A stretch of DNA of 61,866 nucleotides, the filler included, from Circinaria calcarea (lineage: Eukaryota), in assembly GCA_051942165.1 (NCBI GenBank). It is 10 parts of 10 records of this genome, joined end to end, with 100 filler letters (N's around TTAATTAATTAA, not from the genome) between each part and the next. Parts side by side here need not be neighbours in the genome. Positions count along the whole stretch, not along the records: positions 1 to 6,111 come from JAVECS010001670.1; positions 6,212 to 12,317 come from JAVECS010001671.1; 8 more parts are not named here. One strand, given 5' to 3'. Below are positions 1 through 12,417 of the stretch, in pieces. Within the stretch, counting starts at the first letter, position 1. Each line of letters begins with the position of its first letter. The position numbers and the translations under genes are program-made. Under the pieces are notes generated by a model. It saw only the letters and a program-made list of their open reading frames with translations, searched no databases and was not told where the DNA came from.

Positions 1-487
1 GGGGGAGCTGGGTTGGGAAAGAAAGCGGTGATTCAACATCAAGGTCTATGAAGAGGATGATAGAATAATCCTTGGCATGCATAGCACTAGAAACCATAGA
101 TTTGATAGACCATTTCTTGCATTCCCGAATCCGATGGCCAATGGAGTAGTATTGCGGATAACTTCTCCTCCGCCCATGAACATTTCCCTTCTCCGGTAGC
201 TAGTGATTCCGATATAGAGTGGGAATTTCGTAACAGATTCGGTTGGTCGTGGGTGCCGTTTTCTGTAGGTTTTGGGGGGAGTCGATCTAGGGGGAAGGGG
301 GAAGGGAGAAGGGCTTTGGTGTTTGCTGGAGGGAAATTTGGGTTCTGCGGATTATAGAGGTTGAATGAGGAAGGTAAAGAGCGTCTCGTCTTTTGGTAAA
401 TCGTGACTAAGCTAACGGCTCGAAGAGAAAATAATTGGCCTAAAAAGAAAAAAGAAGACTAAAACCAAAACCAAAACCGCTGGAGGA

Positions 488-498
488 AGGATCGAACC
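488..498 (-). promoter_or_regulatory. Pol III B-box-like motif GGTTCGATCCT downstream of the candidate ncRNA
   Basis: Close to the B-box consensus GGTTCGANYCC. Same strand as the A box, about 70 nt past the T-run, and not inside a tRNA T-arm. Confidence 0.45.
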
Positions 499-567
499 TA
501 AGCTGTCTCTCTTCCCACCATTCACCGCATCCTCCTCCTCCTCCTCCTCCCTCTCCACAGCCCAACC

Positions 568-775
568 AAAAAGAAATCCACTCTACGAAAATGGCAAAAG
601 TTCCTCATCATGACCCCGGAGGATCATGATGAGTACGAAACTCACCCTACTCTACCCTGTAGAAGGGCCGAGCAGAGATGTTGTTTACTTACCTTAGTCG
701 GGCGAGTGCAGGGGTTACGCTAACCCAAACTCCGTAGAGTTTGCGCCGTAACCACCTCGACCACCCGACCAAGGT
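568..775 (-). ncRNA. Candidate structured Pol III-type ncRNA with tRNA-like 5' domain (family unidentified)
   Basis: On the minus strand: 14-bp closing helix ACCUUGGUCGGGUG/CGCCCGACUAAGGU (fully paired only on this strand, using G-U pairs), CAAACUC-UACG-GAGUUUG, GGGUUA-GCG-UAACCC, a hairpin at 645-677 and 13-bp CUCAUCAUGAUCC-UCCG-GGGUCAUGAUGAG. A-box-like TGGTCGAGGTGG at 763-752; T5 run at 572-568. Confidence 0.6.
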
Positions 776-956
776 ACCTGCTTTGGTTAGTGAGAGATTT
801 GGTTGCTATAATGAATATGACCTACTACTTTCTATCTGCATGTGCTGCAGAAGTTTTTGTTCATGGGATTCCTCGCTTGGAAGTTCCAATCATCCTGCCA
901 ACAAGGTGAAAGGATCCTTTTCTCCGATGATGCTTGATATTCTTTCTTCCCATGCT

Positions 957-1740
957 TCATGACTTATTCGCGCCTTGCACTTCCGATAATCCAAGTCGCA
1001 ACTTGATCACTTCAACAATCTCGCTCCACTCTCTCATGGCACCGGAACCAACGTCACCGCAGGCGAGTTGCTTCTCCACCGGCCTCAGAACTTCGATCCA
1101 TCCTTGACGATTCTTGTCAATGCCCCACTCGTCTTCGAGAACTACAAGCTGTTTTTTCGTGACGGGGTGTGTCCACATGGCAGTATTCATCGCAGGAGCA
1201 AGGACAATCCGCTTGGCATTTTTACTCCCTTCAATTTCTCCAGTGGTATCCCAAGCTCGTACGACAGACAGCAGCAGATTATCTGCCATTCCAGCTGTCA
1301 TTTTGGCCATTGTATTTGCGGACAAGGGCGCAATGACCAGAATATGGGCCCATTTTCTGATTTCAATATGTAATATGCCTCCACCTCTGGTCCACGACTT
1401 GTCCCATTCGTCTTCATCGAGATAGATGGCATCTACATTTGGAACTTTCATGAGTTCCTTGAATGGAGGCTGCTCAGGACTTTGCCCGATTAAGAAGTTT
1501 TCGGCCGACTTGGTGAGGAGGATACGAATAGAAAGATGAGGCTGATCAGACAGCGCTTCCACGATCTTGGGGATCTTGATCGTTGCAACGCTACCGCTGG
1601 CAGCTAGCAGGAGGTGACGTTTTCCATCATAGACATGATCAGCGGCGACTAAGGGTGATGATGAACTAGAAGGAGCTCCTGGTTTTGGATGAGGAATCCG
1701 GTCACTACTTTGCGGCGCATTAATATCTGGGATGCGTCTA
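957..1740 (-). CDS. Phosphopantothenoylcysteine decarboxylase (Hal3/Cab3-like HFCD flavoprotein); first exon uncertain (possible ATG near 1818)
   Basis: Motifs RHLLLAASGSVATIK, LHIEIRKWA, APLSANTMAK, APAMNTAMW and LACGDVGSGAM. The frame stays open upstream of the listed ORF to a CTGAT...TAG acceptor near 1738. Confidence 0.9.
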
Positions 1741-2131
1741 TGTGATTATCAGTCGAAAATGTACTGCTGACACAGGAGACCCTCTGGACCTTTCCCGATC
1801 CTTTCTTTGCTCTCCCATTGTTTCAGACCCCGCGCGAGCATAGCGATAAGCTGCCTCGGTTGTTGCTTTCTGCTGCTCGGGCATTCTAGTATTCACAGCC
1901 CGAGAAGGCGGGTCTATAATGGTAGAGTTGAGATACCTACGTTGGCAAATGGTTCACGGCATGTCGTCGAATAAAGGCTTTTAGTTTGACGGGGGGAAAG
2001 GAGCTTCACTTCCCCGTCGATCTACCGGCAGTCTTGGCTCGCTATGAAATCATCACGCAGGGATACGCCGAGCTGTCCCTCAAATTCGTCTCAGAGGCGC
2101 ATCGTATGATAAATACATTTCAACCGCAGTC

Positions 2132-2728
2132 ATGTTCACCAGAGTTCCCATATCATCCGTGAGCTCATTTGCTGTATATTGTAAACCTACTGTTACTAAA
2201 TATCTGTAGGCTTTTAAGCCAATCTCACGGCCATCACGATTACTCCCCGCACAATGTCTTCGACAACCGCAGATCGCGCGCATCACCCCCCTTCTACTCC
2301 GCCTATTATCCACCGAAACAAAAGCAGCCATAGATAAAGCGGTGGGCTCCGCACCAGTCGTACTGTTCATGAAGGGAACACCAGAGATCCCCCAGTGTGG
2401 ATTCTCAAGAGCTAGCATACAAATCCTGGGTCTGCAAGGTGTTGATCCTCAGAAATTCACGGCTTTTAACGTACTCGAGGATGAATCATTACGACAGGGT
2501 ACGACTTATCGAGCTTACCGATTCGAGTACCAAGCTGACTGAAGTTCTTCAGGAATCAAGGAGTACTCGGAATGGCCGACCATACCGCAGCTCTATGTGG
2601 ACAAGGAGTTTGTAGGAGGGTGTGACATCCTAATGTCGATGCACCAAAACGGAGAGTTGTCGAAGCTGCTGGAAGAGAAGGGGGTAATTGTACCGGCGGA
2701 GCAGCCTGAGGTCCCGACACCATCTTAG
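2132..2728 (+). CDS. GRX5: Mitochondrial monothiol glutaredoxin (CGFS type), 3 exons
   Basis: [27 protein letters not shown] and GGCDI motifs; Arg-rich N-terminal presequence; two GT-AG introns. Confidence 0.95.
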
Positions 2729-3266
2729 CTGGAGGTACAAAGTATTTGAGCCGAAATCTAATTCATTAACATGCATTCTTCTGTGTCTCATATATTCATC
2801 CGACGAAGCAGATGGGCAAAAACTGTCGGTTCCCCTCGTATTGCCAGTCCTCGCTATATATTATAGCCTACAACCCCACTCTGACATTGACTATTCCATT
2901 ATCCACAGGACCCAGTACCCATTGGTGAGCTACATCCCATGAGGCAAATCGATCCAGGAGCCAAAATTCAAGCATTTGATTTACAGACGTGACACTGAAT
3001 CTTTTCGATGAGTTCCCCAATGGAGAAACTGCCTGATGAGTTCAGTAATCTTTCTTTCAAGCTGCATACGTTCAGCAGTTCTCTGGGGGAAGGACTCGAA
3101 TGTGCCCAAAGATGTTTCCACTGCATCCGAATCCTAACCTAAACCAGGAGGAGACTAGTCCGTCAAAACTTTCCTTTCCACTTCTACCCTAACACAAGGC
3201 TCGTGTGGAAATAAGCGAACTTCTTAAATCAGCCGCGCCGGCAAAGTTTCTCTATCTGCAAACATC

Positions 3267-4126
3267 ATGGAGCCAAAAAAGAAGAGAAGAGTCACCTCTA
3301 CTTCGGGCATCTTCAAGAAACATGTGAACTTTGACCATGAGAAGGAGGCGCCCAAGAAACCCAGGGGCGTTTCGAAGCCGGCAAGCTCCAAGAAGCACAG
3401 AAAAGCACAACAACTTCCTCCGCCTCAGGACTTTAGCGGTTTGCACTTCAGCCCTTTCCAGAGAGAATTTTCAGCTGATAGAAAATGCTTAAAGATAGCA
3501 TTGAACACTCACGAGCCTGCATCTTAGGGAAGTCGACCAATGACCTGGATTCGGCCCATCACAGTCTGGTTGACCATCTGGCAACAGTTACAAGCGAATC
3601 ATTCAAGCGACGGGAGGAAGCTACAGCAGCGAAACAGGATCTAATTCGTCCCTTGGATGAAGAACTACTTCAATTCAAGGACGCTGCTGGGAAGCCTAAT
3701 GGTTGTACGACGTTAGGCAAGCGTATGGAGAAATTCAAGGCCACCGTTCAGCACGAGGAAAAGGAGATCAGGGCACTACGGAAGGAATGGACAGAAGTAC
3801 AGCAGATGATCGCGGATCTAAGCGCGCAAGTTCTCGGTCCGGAAGGATTGAAAAATCTGAGGGCAGCAGCCGATGATCAGAAGGGCCCGGTGGAGGAAGA
3901 ACAGGGTAAGCTCGATCAGATTGTCGAGGCCGAGAGATTACGGCTGGCTGCTGAGATCGAGACGATGTGCAATGAGGCTGTTGAGAAGATGCAAGCAGGT
4001 GAAAAGGCAAGTGGCGCGAAATTGATGGCCAGCTGGTACTGATCGAATTGCTTCGACTAGGAGATGGACACACGGTCGAAAAAACAGCGGAAGGAATTCC
4101 TGACCTTGCTGGACATGGACGTATAA
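3267..4126 (+). CDS. Hypothetical coiled-coil protein with basic N-terminus (PKKKRR), 3 exons
   Basis: ORFs 3267-3527 and 3485-4042 can be joined by an intron. The last exon (EMDTRSKKQRKEFLTLLDMDV*) follows a GC-AG intron at about 4007-4060. Confidence 0.6.
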
Positions 4127-4707
4127 TGCAATTCTCTCAGTGCGGCGGTTATGACAGTTCTGGCCGCTGCAGCTGGTTGGAGACTCGAGATCTAATGCTA
4201 CAATGTCGCTTATGGTGTTTATGTTAGTTTGCTCGAAACAGCAGTCAGCAACTCTATAGCTTCTGCATCAGAATTACTCCCTAGACAATAAAGTATACTG
4301 TTCCATTGCAGATGTTGGCCACGTTCGATACGCTTAGGATCGGCTGTCGTCGGTCGATGCACGTCATCGCAACTACCAATCTATTCAAAGGGCCGGTGTC
4401 GGTGCTGTATTTACGCCCCTGCACGCCCTTTGCTATCTAACCCAACATATATATTTTGGCAGATGATGGTTTCCCAGTACCCGCATTGGCGTTGGATGTC
4501 ACCAATGCTAGCAAAGGTTTGGCTTTTAGGGTAGCATGGGTGGACGGAACCGCTTTCCTTTACTATTATGAGTCACGCACCTCCTTCCTCTTGTACATAA
4601 TCTCGTTCCTACTGCCACTTCTCTTGATCAATCGGTAGTCAACAGCACGGCATTCGTGTCAATTACTTCATACTTGTTTACCCTGACTCAATTGATATCC
4701 ATTGGCA

Positions 4708-6111
4708 ATGTCTCCTTCGGCTGTGCCTCTGCAGACCACGTCTGAACTCAACACCGCAGGGATTAAACGCACAATCAACAAGACAGCGCCCTCAATCACC
4801 ACCAATGGCTCATGTTCCCACCTCGCCGAATTGGATGCCTCCAAGCTCGTCTTCACCCGCAATCCCAATCCCAAACCCGTTCCCGAACCCAACTCCCCAG
4901 AAATACTAGCTCAATCCATGTATGTACCCCCGCTTTAGTCGACTCACTTGTTGTTAACCTATTCTCCACAGATGTACGGACCACATGATTAAATGCGCCT
5001 GGAACTCCACTACCGGCTGGTCCGCTCCCACGCTGGAACCTTACGGTCCCCTCTCCCTCATGCCCACCGCCTCCGTCCTCCACTACGCCACCGAATGTTT
5101 CGAAGGCATGAAAACGTACCGCGGCTACGATTCTGGCCTGCGCATTTTTCGTCCTGACCGCAACGCCCGCCGCATGCTCCACTCCGCCACCCGCATCGCC
5201 CTCCCCGCCTTCGACCCGAACGAGCTCCAGAAACTCATCGTGAGACTCGTCAGCGTCGACGGAGAGAAATGGCTGCCCAAAAGCAGACCGGGGACATTTC
5301 TCTACCTGCGGCCCACAATGATCGCCACCGCCCCCACGCTCGGAGTCCAAAAGCCAACGGAGGCCCTCCTCTACATCATCGCCGCCTACATGCCCGTCCT
5401 CGACCAACCCAGCCCTAGTCACCTCGCCAACGCCTCCACCATCACCACCTCAACTTCTTCCTCCAAGGCCCCAGGGATGCGCCTCCTCGCCTCCTCGCAC
5501 GACACCGTGCGCGCCTGGCCCGGCGGTTTCGGCTCCGCCAAAGTCGGCGCCAACTACGGGCCCTCACTCGTTGCGCAAGCTGAAGCCCGCGCGCGGGGCT
5601 ACGACCAGATTCTCTGGCTCTTCGGCCCCCGCTGCGAGATCACCGAGGCCGGCGCGAGCAATTTCTTCGTCGTCTGGCGGACGAAGGAGGGGAGCGTGCA
5701 GCTGGTAACGGCGCCGCTGGGGGATGGGATCATCTTGGATGGGGTGACGAGGGGCTGTGTGTTGGAGTTGGCGCGGGAGAGGCTTGTTAGGCCTGGGCGT
5801 GGGTGGGAGGAAGATAGGGGGGAAGAGGAAGCGAGTGGGGAATGGGAAGGCCTAGAGGTGGTGGAGCGCCACTTCTTTATGTCCGACATCGTCTCCGCCG
5901 TCGAGGAGGGCCGCTTCCTCGAAGCCTTCGCGACCGGGACGGCGTGGTTCATCACGCCCGTGTCCGAGATCCATTTCCGCGGCCGGGATCTCGTGCTACC
6001 GTATGGCACGGGGACGCCAGGTGTCTATGCCGCACGCTTGAAGACCTGGTTGATGGAGATTATGTACGGGAGGGTGGAGCATCCGTGGGGGGTTGTGGTG
6101 GAGGAGACGGG
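4708..6111 (+). CDS. Branched-chain amino acid aminotransferase (runs off contig end)
   Basis: LHYATECFEGMK, LYLRPTMI, RAWPGGFGSAKVGANY (PLP lysine), ITEAGASNFF and ILDGVTR motifs; intron at about 4920-4971. Confidence 0.95.
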
Positions 6112-6211
6112 NNNNNNNNNNNNNNNNNNNNNNNNNNNNNNNNNNNNNNNNNNNNTTAATTAATTAANNNNNNNNNNNNNNNNNNNNNNNNNNNNNNNNN
6201 NNNNNNNNNNN
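6112..6211. other. Artificial contig linker (N44-TTAATTAATTAA-N44); also at 12318-12417, 18523-18622, 24728-24827, 30931-31030, 37124-37223, 43315-43414, 49504-49603, 55687-55786
   Basis: Identical 100-bp spacers with stops in all six frames; genes break off at them; segment lengths decrease along the window. Confidence 0.99.
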
Positions 6212-7325
6212 TCTGTACATACGATATCCTGCATCTTGGGCTTCGTGGGCTCGAATAACGGAAAGCAGGTTGTTTTTCTCCAAAAAGGCGCATGCGGCAG
6301 GATACGAGAAGAAGTATGAGCAGCCCCGAACATGGTTATGTATGAAGAACTCTGAAGTCTTCTCCTGGCCGAATTCTTCAAGAGGGTCGGCCCAGAGGAT
6401 GTCACACATGAGCCCGTGCGTGGGTGGTTCTCGAAAGCGATCAATCTACATTCTGTTAGCATAGTTCCATCCTTCAGAGTAAGGCCCGCAAAGCTCCTAC
6501 GCTTTTCAGATCTTCCAGAGTATGAAGCTCGGGGCTGAGACCGCCGTGTATGCACAAAAATTGTTTGTTCATGATTGCCGCAAGCGGTAGCGCGCAGAAA
6601 GAGTCCACACAAGCCTCGTAAATCTTCTCGGAGTATTTATGCTTGCACTCAAGCTTGAAGGTAAAATAATCCGTAAGATGTCGACACTCATGGTTTCCTC
6701 GAAGTAACCATAAAGTATTGGGATACCAGATTTTCAACGACCAAAGATACAATACGCACTGCGAAAGCGGTCAGCTAAATGCCGCAGCTGGGTTTGAGAA
6801 GGTCTTTACCTCTATGCTGAAATATCCCCGATCCACATAATCCCCGAGAAATAGATAGCGCGTCTCGGCAGGATCGCCGCCAACTTCGAAAAGTTTCATC
6901 AGATCAAAGTACTGGCCGTGTACATCGCCGCAGACTGTGATTGGCGCTTCCATCTCAAGAAGGTTAGGTTCACTCTTGAGGACCTCTGTCCCTTTCTGTA
7001 TGATCCATAGTGCTTGCTCTTCTGTCAATCGACCTTCACGGTAAAAATGCTGCTTGAGGTACTGAAGATTTGGCTTGCTCCGATCAAGGGGCGAGAAGAA
7101 TTGGTCATCCGTAGGTGGATTGAAGGCCGGCGCCTGTACATCTACGCTCCGTCAGCCATGCCAGGTAGAAGGTAGAGCAGGGGAGGAAATCATACCTTTA
7201 CATACACGTTCCTGGGTGCTTACTTGGGTCCCATCTTCCATGGTGTGCAAGGTAAAGTCAATCTCAGGTATCGGCCGCTTTTCATGCATGGCCTGTTCGA
7301 GGCGATTGCCATTTGCGCCATCCAT
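6212..7325 (-). CDS. cnaA: Calcineurin A (PP2B catalytic subunit), 5' part, several introns
   Basis: [21 protein letters not shown]-terminus; [50 protein letters not shown] and [10 protein letters not shown] motifs. Confidence 0.97.
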
Positions 7326-10300
7326 CTTGTTTGCGCTGAGCGAGTGGCAGATGATGTAGTGATGGGTAGGGTAAAACGATTGCCTGCAACTGGTAATCTG
7401 CTTTCGAGGAAGTCTGTCTTCGAGCGGCGCTCTCCAGGAACCGAGACTCGTGCAGGGGGTTGGGAGGAGTTCAGATGTATCAATCTTTCAATACAGGAGA
7501 GAGGGGCGTAGAAGGCAAAAGGTTGACAGGTCTATGTCTCGATGCGAAGGATGTACTCGTGTTTAGGGAGACGCACGAGGTAAAGATGGATCCGCCACAG
7601 CGAAGGGAAACGGGAATTTGGAGAAGCCGATAGCGTCGCGCTAGAGCAGACAAGGCTGAGGCTGAACCTGGAAGCGGGAATCCCCCCCACTTTTCTTTTT
7701 GTGCGTCTATTATGGTTAAGGTACGGTTACTATGCACAATAGCAAAAGTAAACAGTCGGTTCTGGTTTGAATCAGTTGGTAGACGCTACCATCACGCTGC
7801 TACCTTGTCACTCCAGATACTTGAGCAATTTGCCGCTCAGGCACCATTCGTTACATGGAGGCGGCTCCCAAGGGGCGTCCAACCCGGATCTCTATACCAG
7901 TAATGGGAGAAACTCCACATCATCCTCCCGCTGACCGGGTCGGTTTCCAGTTCAGCGTTAGCTTGATAAGGCTTGGTGCTTCTGCTTGCCGCGGACAAGG
8001 TGGCGGCGCAAATATCTATGGAGAGAGAAGAGGGGGAATTCCAGCTCCCGGTATAAAATGCGGGGAAATAACAAAAGATAGCTGTGGTGAAACAAATCAA
8101 GAACCGCGGCGGTCATGCTTTTGACCTCTATAAATGAAATATGAATTACATCCCATAGGTCCTTTCCACCCCAACGCGTAATGGCGGATCTCCCGGGTAA
8201 GGCAACCTTACGGCTAAACTGACTTACCGGGGACCATAAATATTAAAGCTTTCGCTTAGACTTTCTTTCCTTAATTTTTCGGACGTACTTTTTTATATTG
8301 AACGTCTAATCTCGTTTTCAAGTATAGAAGCCACCGTGACCGTACTAGCAATATAGTTATTTCGCAATTTTTAACGTATATGAAAATCGACAGCACCAAG
8401 CCCTGCAACCTTGATTTAGGTAAGATTCTTTACAGGACCGACAAAAGCATCTGTATGGACATAGCGTATGAAATGCTCGTGAAAAATGCTGTTTCGGTAG
8501 CTATACTTTACGTTTCACGAATCTATGCGATCGTTTTCAGCATTTTCAGACCACCCACCGCCTACTTGTGTCCACTGCTCTTACATGCCTTTACGTCTGG
8601 TGTCGCTACTGCAAGGAATATGTGTGGGAGCCACAATATTCCCCGGAGAGACTCGATCACTTTAGCAACCATATAGAAATAACCATAAATATGGTGAGAG
8701 ATTACGGGTATGCTAGTGTTTTTCCCGGCCAGGACCGAGGAGGGATGATTCCTTAGGAGTTTATCCCAGGATAGTATATCTTTTGTTTTCACGATAAGAG
8801 GCTGAACAGCGAAGAGAGGCTAGCGGTCAATGTTCTCACTTATAAGAATGGAGATCTAAGCTGACATATGGGATCTTCCGGCGGGTACAGGAGAATGAAC
8901 AGCTGCACTGCCGTACATTCCGCCGCTAGAAATATCTCCCGCGTTTTGTCTTTACAACCAGGTAATGTTTACCGAGAAGGAAGCAAAAGAGCAAGAGGAA
9001 AGCGAAAGAAGAGGATGAAGAGAGCGCCCGTCGGGGAGTATTTCTGCGTCGAGATGCTATAAGAAAATGAAACCTCTGACGGTGCTACTAGAGGATGCCG
9101 GATCAACCACCAAAACTATCAATCAGCCTGAGCGGAAAGGACGGGCGCTCTTATTAATGTCACCAACTCGAGAAAAGAATCTAGGTTCCTCGATTCCGAA
9201 ACGAAGCAGTGCTGCAGCCGAGTCTTCGAGAACCGTCTTTCAATACAATCACTGCTTGACCCAGTCCTCTTATGAGCCACGGGGGATCAAGTACTGGTCA
9301 ATAGGAGCTTGACTTGCAGTCGGGTGAGACGAGGAGAGGTTTAACAACGGGACCATATCGACGGTGGTTATAGCATTTGGCATTTTATTAACATACCCAG
9401 CCAGGGAGCTTTTGGCGTATAGGGGTGCGGATATCATCAACATCAGCATAGCGGGATACATTAGGGGTACAGCTCTATTTGCTTCTTTTCAACTACGGAG
9501 TATGCCTTATTATCTACCTATATGGTTGGAGACCGAAGGAGCTAGAACTGGAAAGAAAGGGGTTGTTTTCCAGTATTGAGGATCTTGTGGACTCACGCTC
9601 ACACAGTTCATACAACAAGCTAGCATAGCAGTACAGCCGCCCATGGGCCCCTTGACAGCACAAGAGCTCCGCCAAGGAGTTTACCAACCTATTTACACCC
9701 CTGCGGCAGCGGTAGCGGCAGCGGTATCGAATCAAATTATTATATAATCTTTTATATGCGCAATGCCACTGAATAGCAGTCCGTCCGTTCATGCCCATAT
9801 ACCCTCTGAATTTTTTCCTTTCACTATCTAGGAACCTCGAAACCCCCGTTCTCGACATCGTTTATTGCCTATCTATACTTTAGGAACATGGCGGAGCACC
9901 CCTATTTCTATTTCCCTCCACATTTGGATAAAAATGGATGATGGAAATAGGAGGTGGTCTCTTTGGCCATTATACACCGAACGACCAGAACTGAATCGAA
10001 TATCACCGGGATCAAAAGAACGCCCATTTGAGGATCGGCAAAAACAGTCTTCGGACCCTACGAAGAACGCGCGTACAACACATTCGCCCCAGCACAACTG
10101 TCTGGCGGGGGCGTCGGTAGGATCGATCCAACCAGCGACTGAAGGGAGTTAATTGGTGGTATCCAACTCGGAACAGGTCGATGCTATTTCCGGAGGAGAT
10201 TGCGTCGCCTTTTGCCCACCTGCAAAGTCCTTGGAGAGGAAAAGTTGTGGGGCGGAATATAAGAAGGAAAAAAAAGATGGTGATGGGGAGCTAAATTATG

Positions 10301-11041
10301 GGATGGGTGGGATCAGGTTTTTTTCGCGTGCGATATACACGTCCAAAGCGATTGGGCAGAAGCCAGGAAAATCATATGGTAGGCAAAGGAACTCCCAGAA
10401 GGGGGGGAAAGAGAGATAGAGATATCTTAGATAAAGTTTGAAACTGAGTTTAGCTGGCACCTCGATAGATCAACACAATCGAAAACAGCGGATCCAAATT
10501 CAATTTCAATATTATTGCCGAACTGCCGAACTGCTCTGGATACTGCAATAGTGATGATTCCGTATGTTTGGGATGTAGGAATCCTCCATGCCTGCCTGCC
10601 TATTCCCTATCATATGCGCGCCCGTTCACCAATAGCGCCTTGGCTCCACCACCACACTGGCGAGGGAGTTTTTGTGTACAGATGCGGATATTATTGGACA
10701 TTAGCACAGTCGCATGTATTGGGGCTACGGCTTTGTTGCTTCTTCTTTTCAAGATTCTTGTTGCATACTGAGACAGGGGCATAATGGAATGGGTGATCAA
10801 TGTGCTTTGATATCCTACCTAGCTTAAGAGAACTCTCCCACTACACTTTTAGCTATCAGTAATAAGGACATGAAAAGTACCTTTCATGTACGTGCACCTG
10901 GGTAAGAGTCACAGATGACTTTTATGTATTTTACTCACCGAAGCTAGTGAAAAATGCAAAGTAAGCTAGTCATGCCAATAGCTTCAATAGTTACAGCATC
11001 AAAGTACGCTCGACAGTCTCAACCCCCTTGGATTTCACCTC

Positions 11042-12038
<997 letters not shown>

Positions 12039-12215
12039 GCTGGTTGGATTGATGGTGCGCTGCGGTTTGTGAGATTGAATAGCCAGAGAGGAAAGAACCG
12101 ATTGATTTATTGATTGATTGAATGGGAGAACCTGCAGGGAGCACGACGGTTTTTATCTATGGATAAGAATTCCGTAATAGGTGGAAAGTCCAAGCGGAAG
12201 ATTGAGGGTTACTTA

Positions 12216-12317
<102 letters not shown>

Positions 12318-12417
12318 NNNNNNNNNNNNNNNNNNNNNNNNNNNNNNNNNNNNNNNNNNNNTTAATTAATTAANNNNNNNNNNNNNNNNNNNNNNNNNNN
12401 NNNNNNNNNNNNNNNNN

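Noticed and set aside
600..650. Hammerhead ribozyme or C/D snoRNA (ATGATGAG...GAAAC)
   Set aside because: No CUGANGA core with stem II and no D box at a suitable distance; the motif is one arm of a hairpin.
691..775. Functional (amber suppressor) tRNA or HDV-like ribozyme
   Set aside because: There is no T-arm and the anticodon loop geometry is wrong. The HDV P3/L3 and P1.1 GG elements are absent despite a G-U first pair.
686..800. U1 snRNA on the plus strand (TACTTACCT)
   Set aside because: No U1-70K loop (GAUCAC), U1A loop or Sm site follows, and the G-U pairs and tetraloops favour the minus strand.
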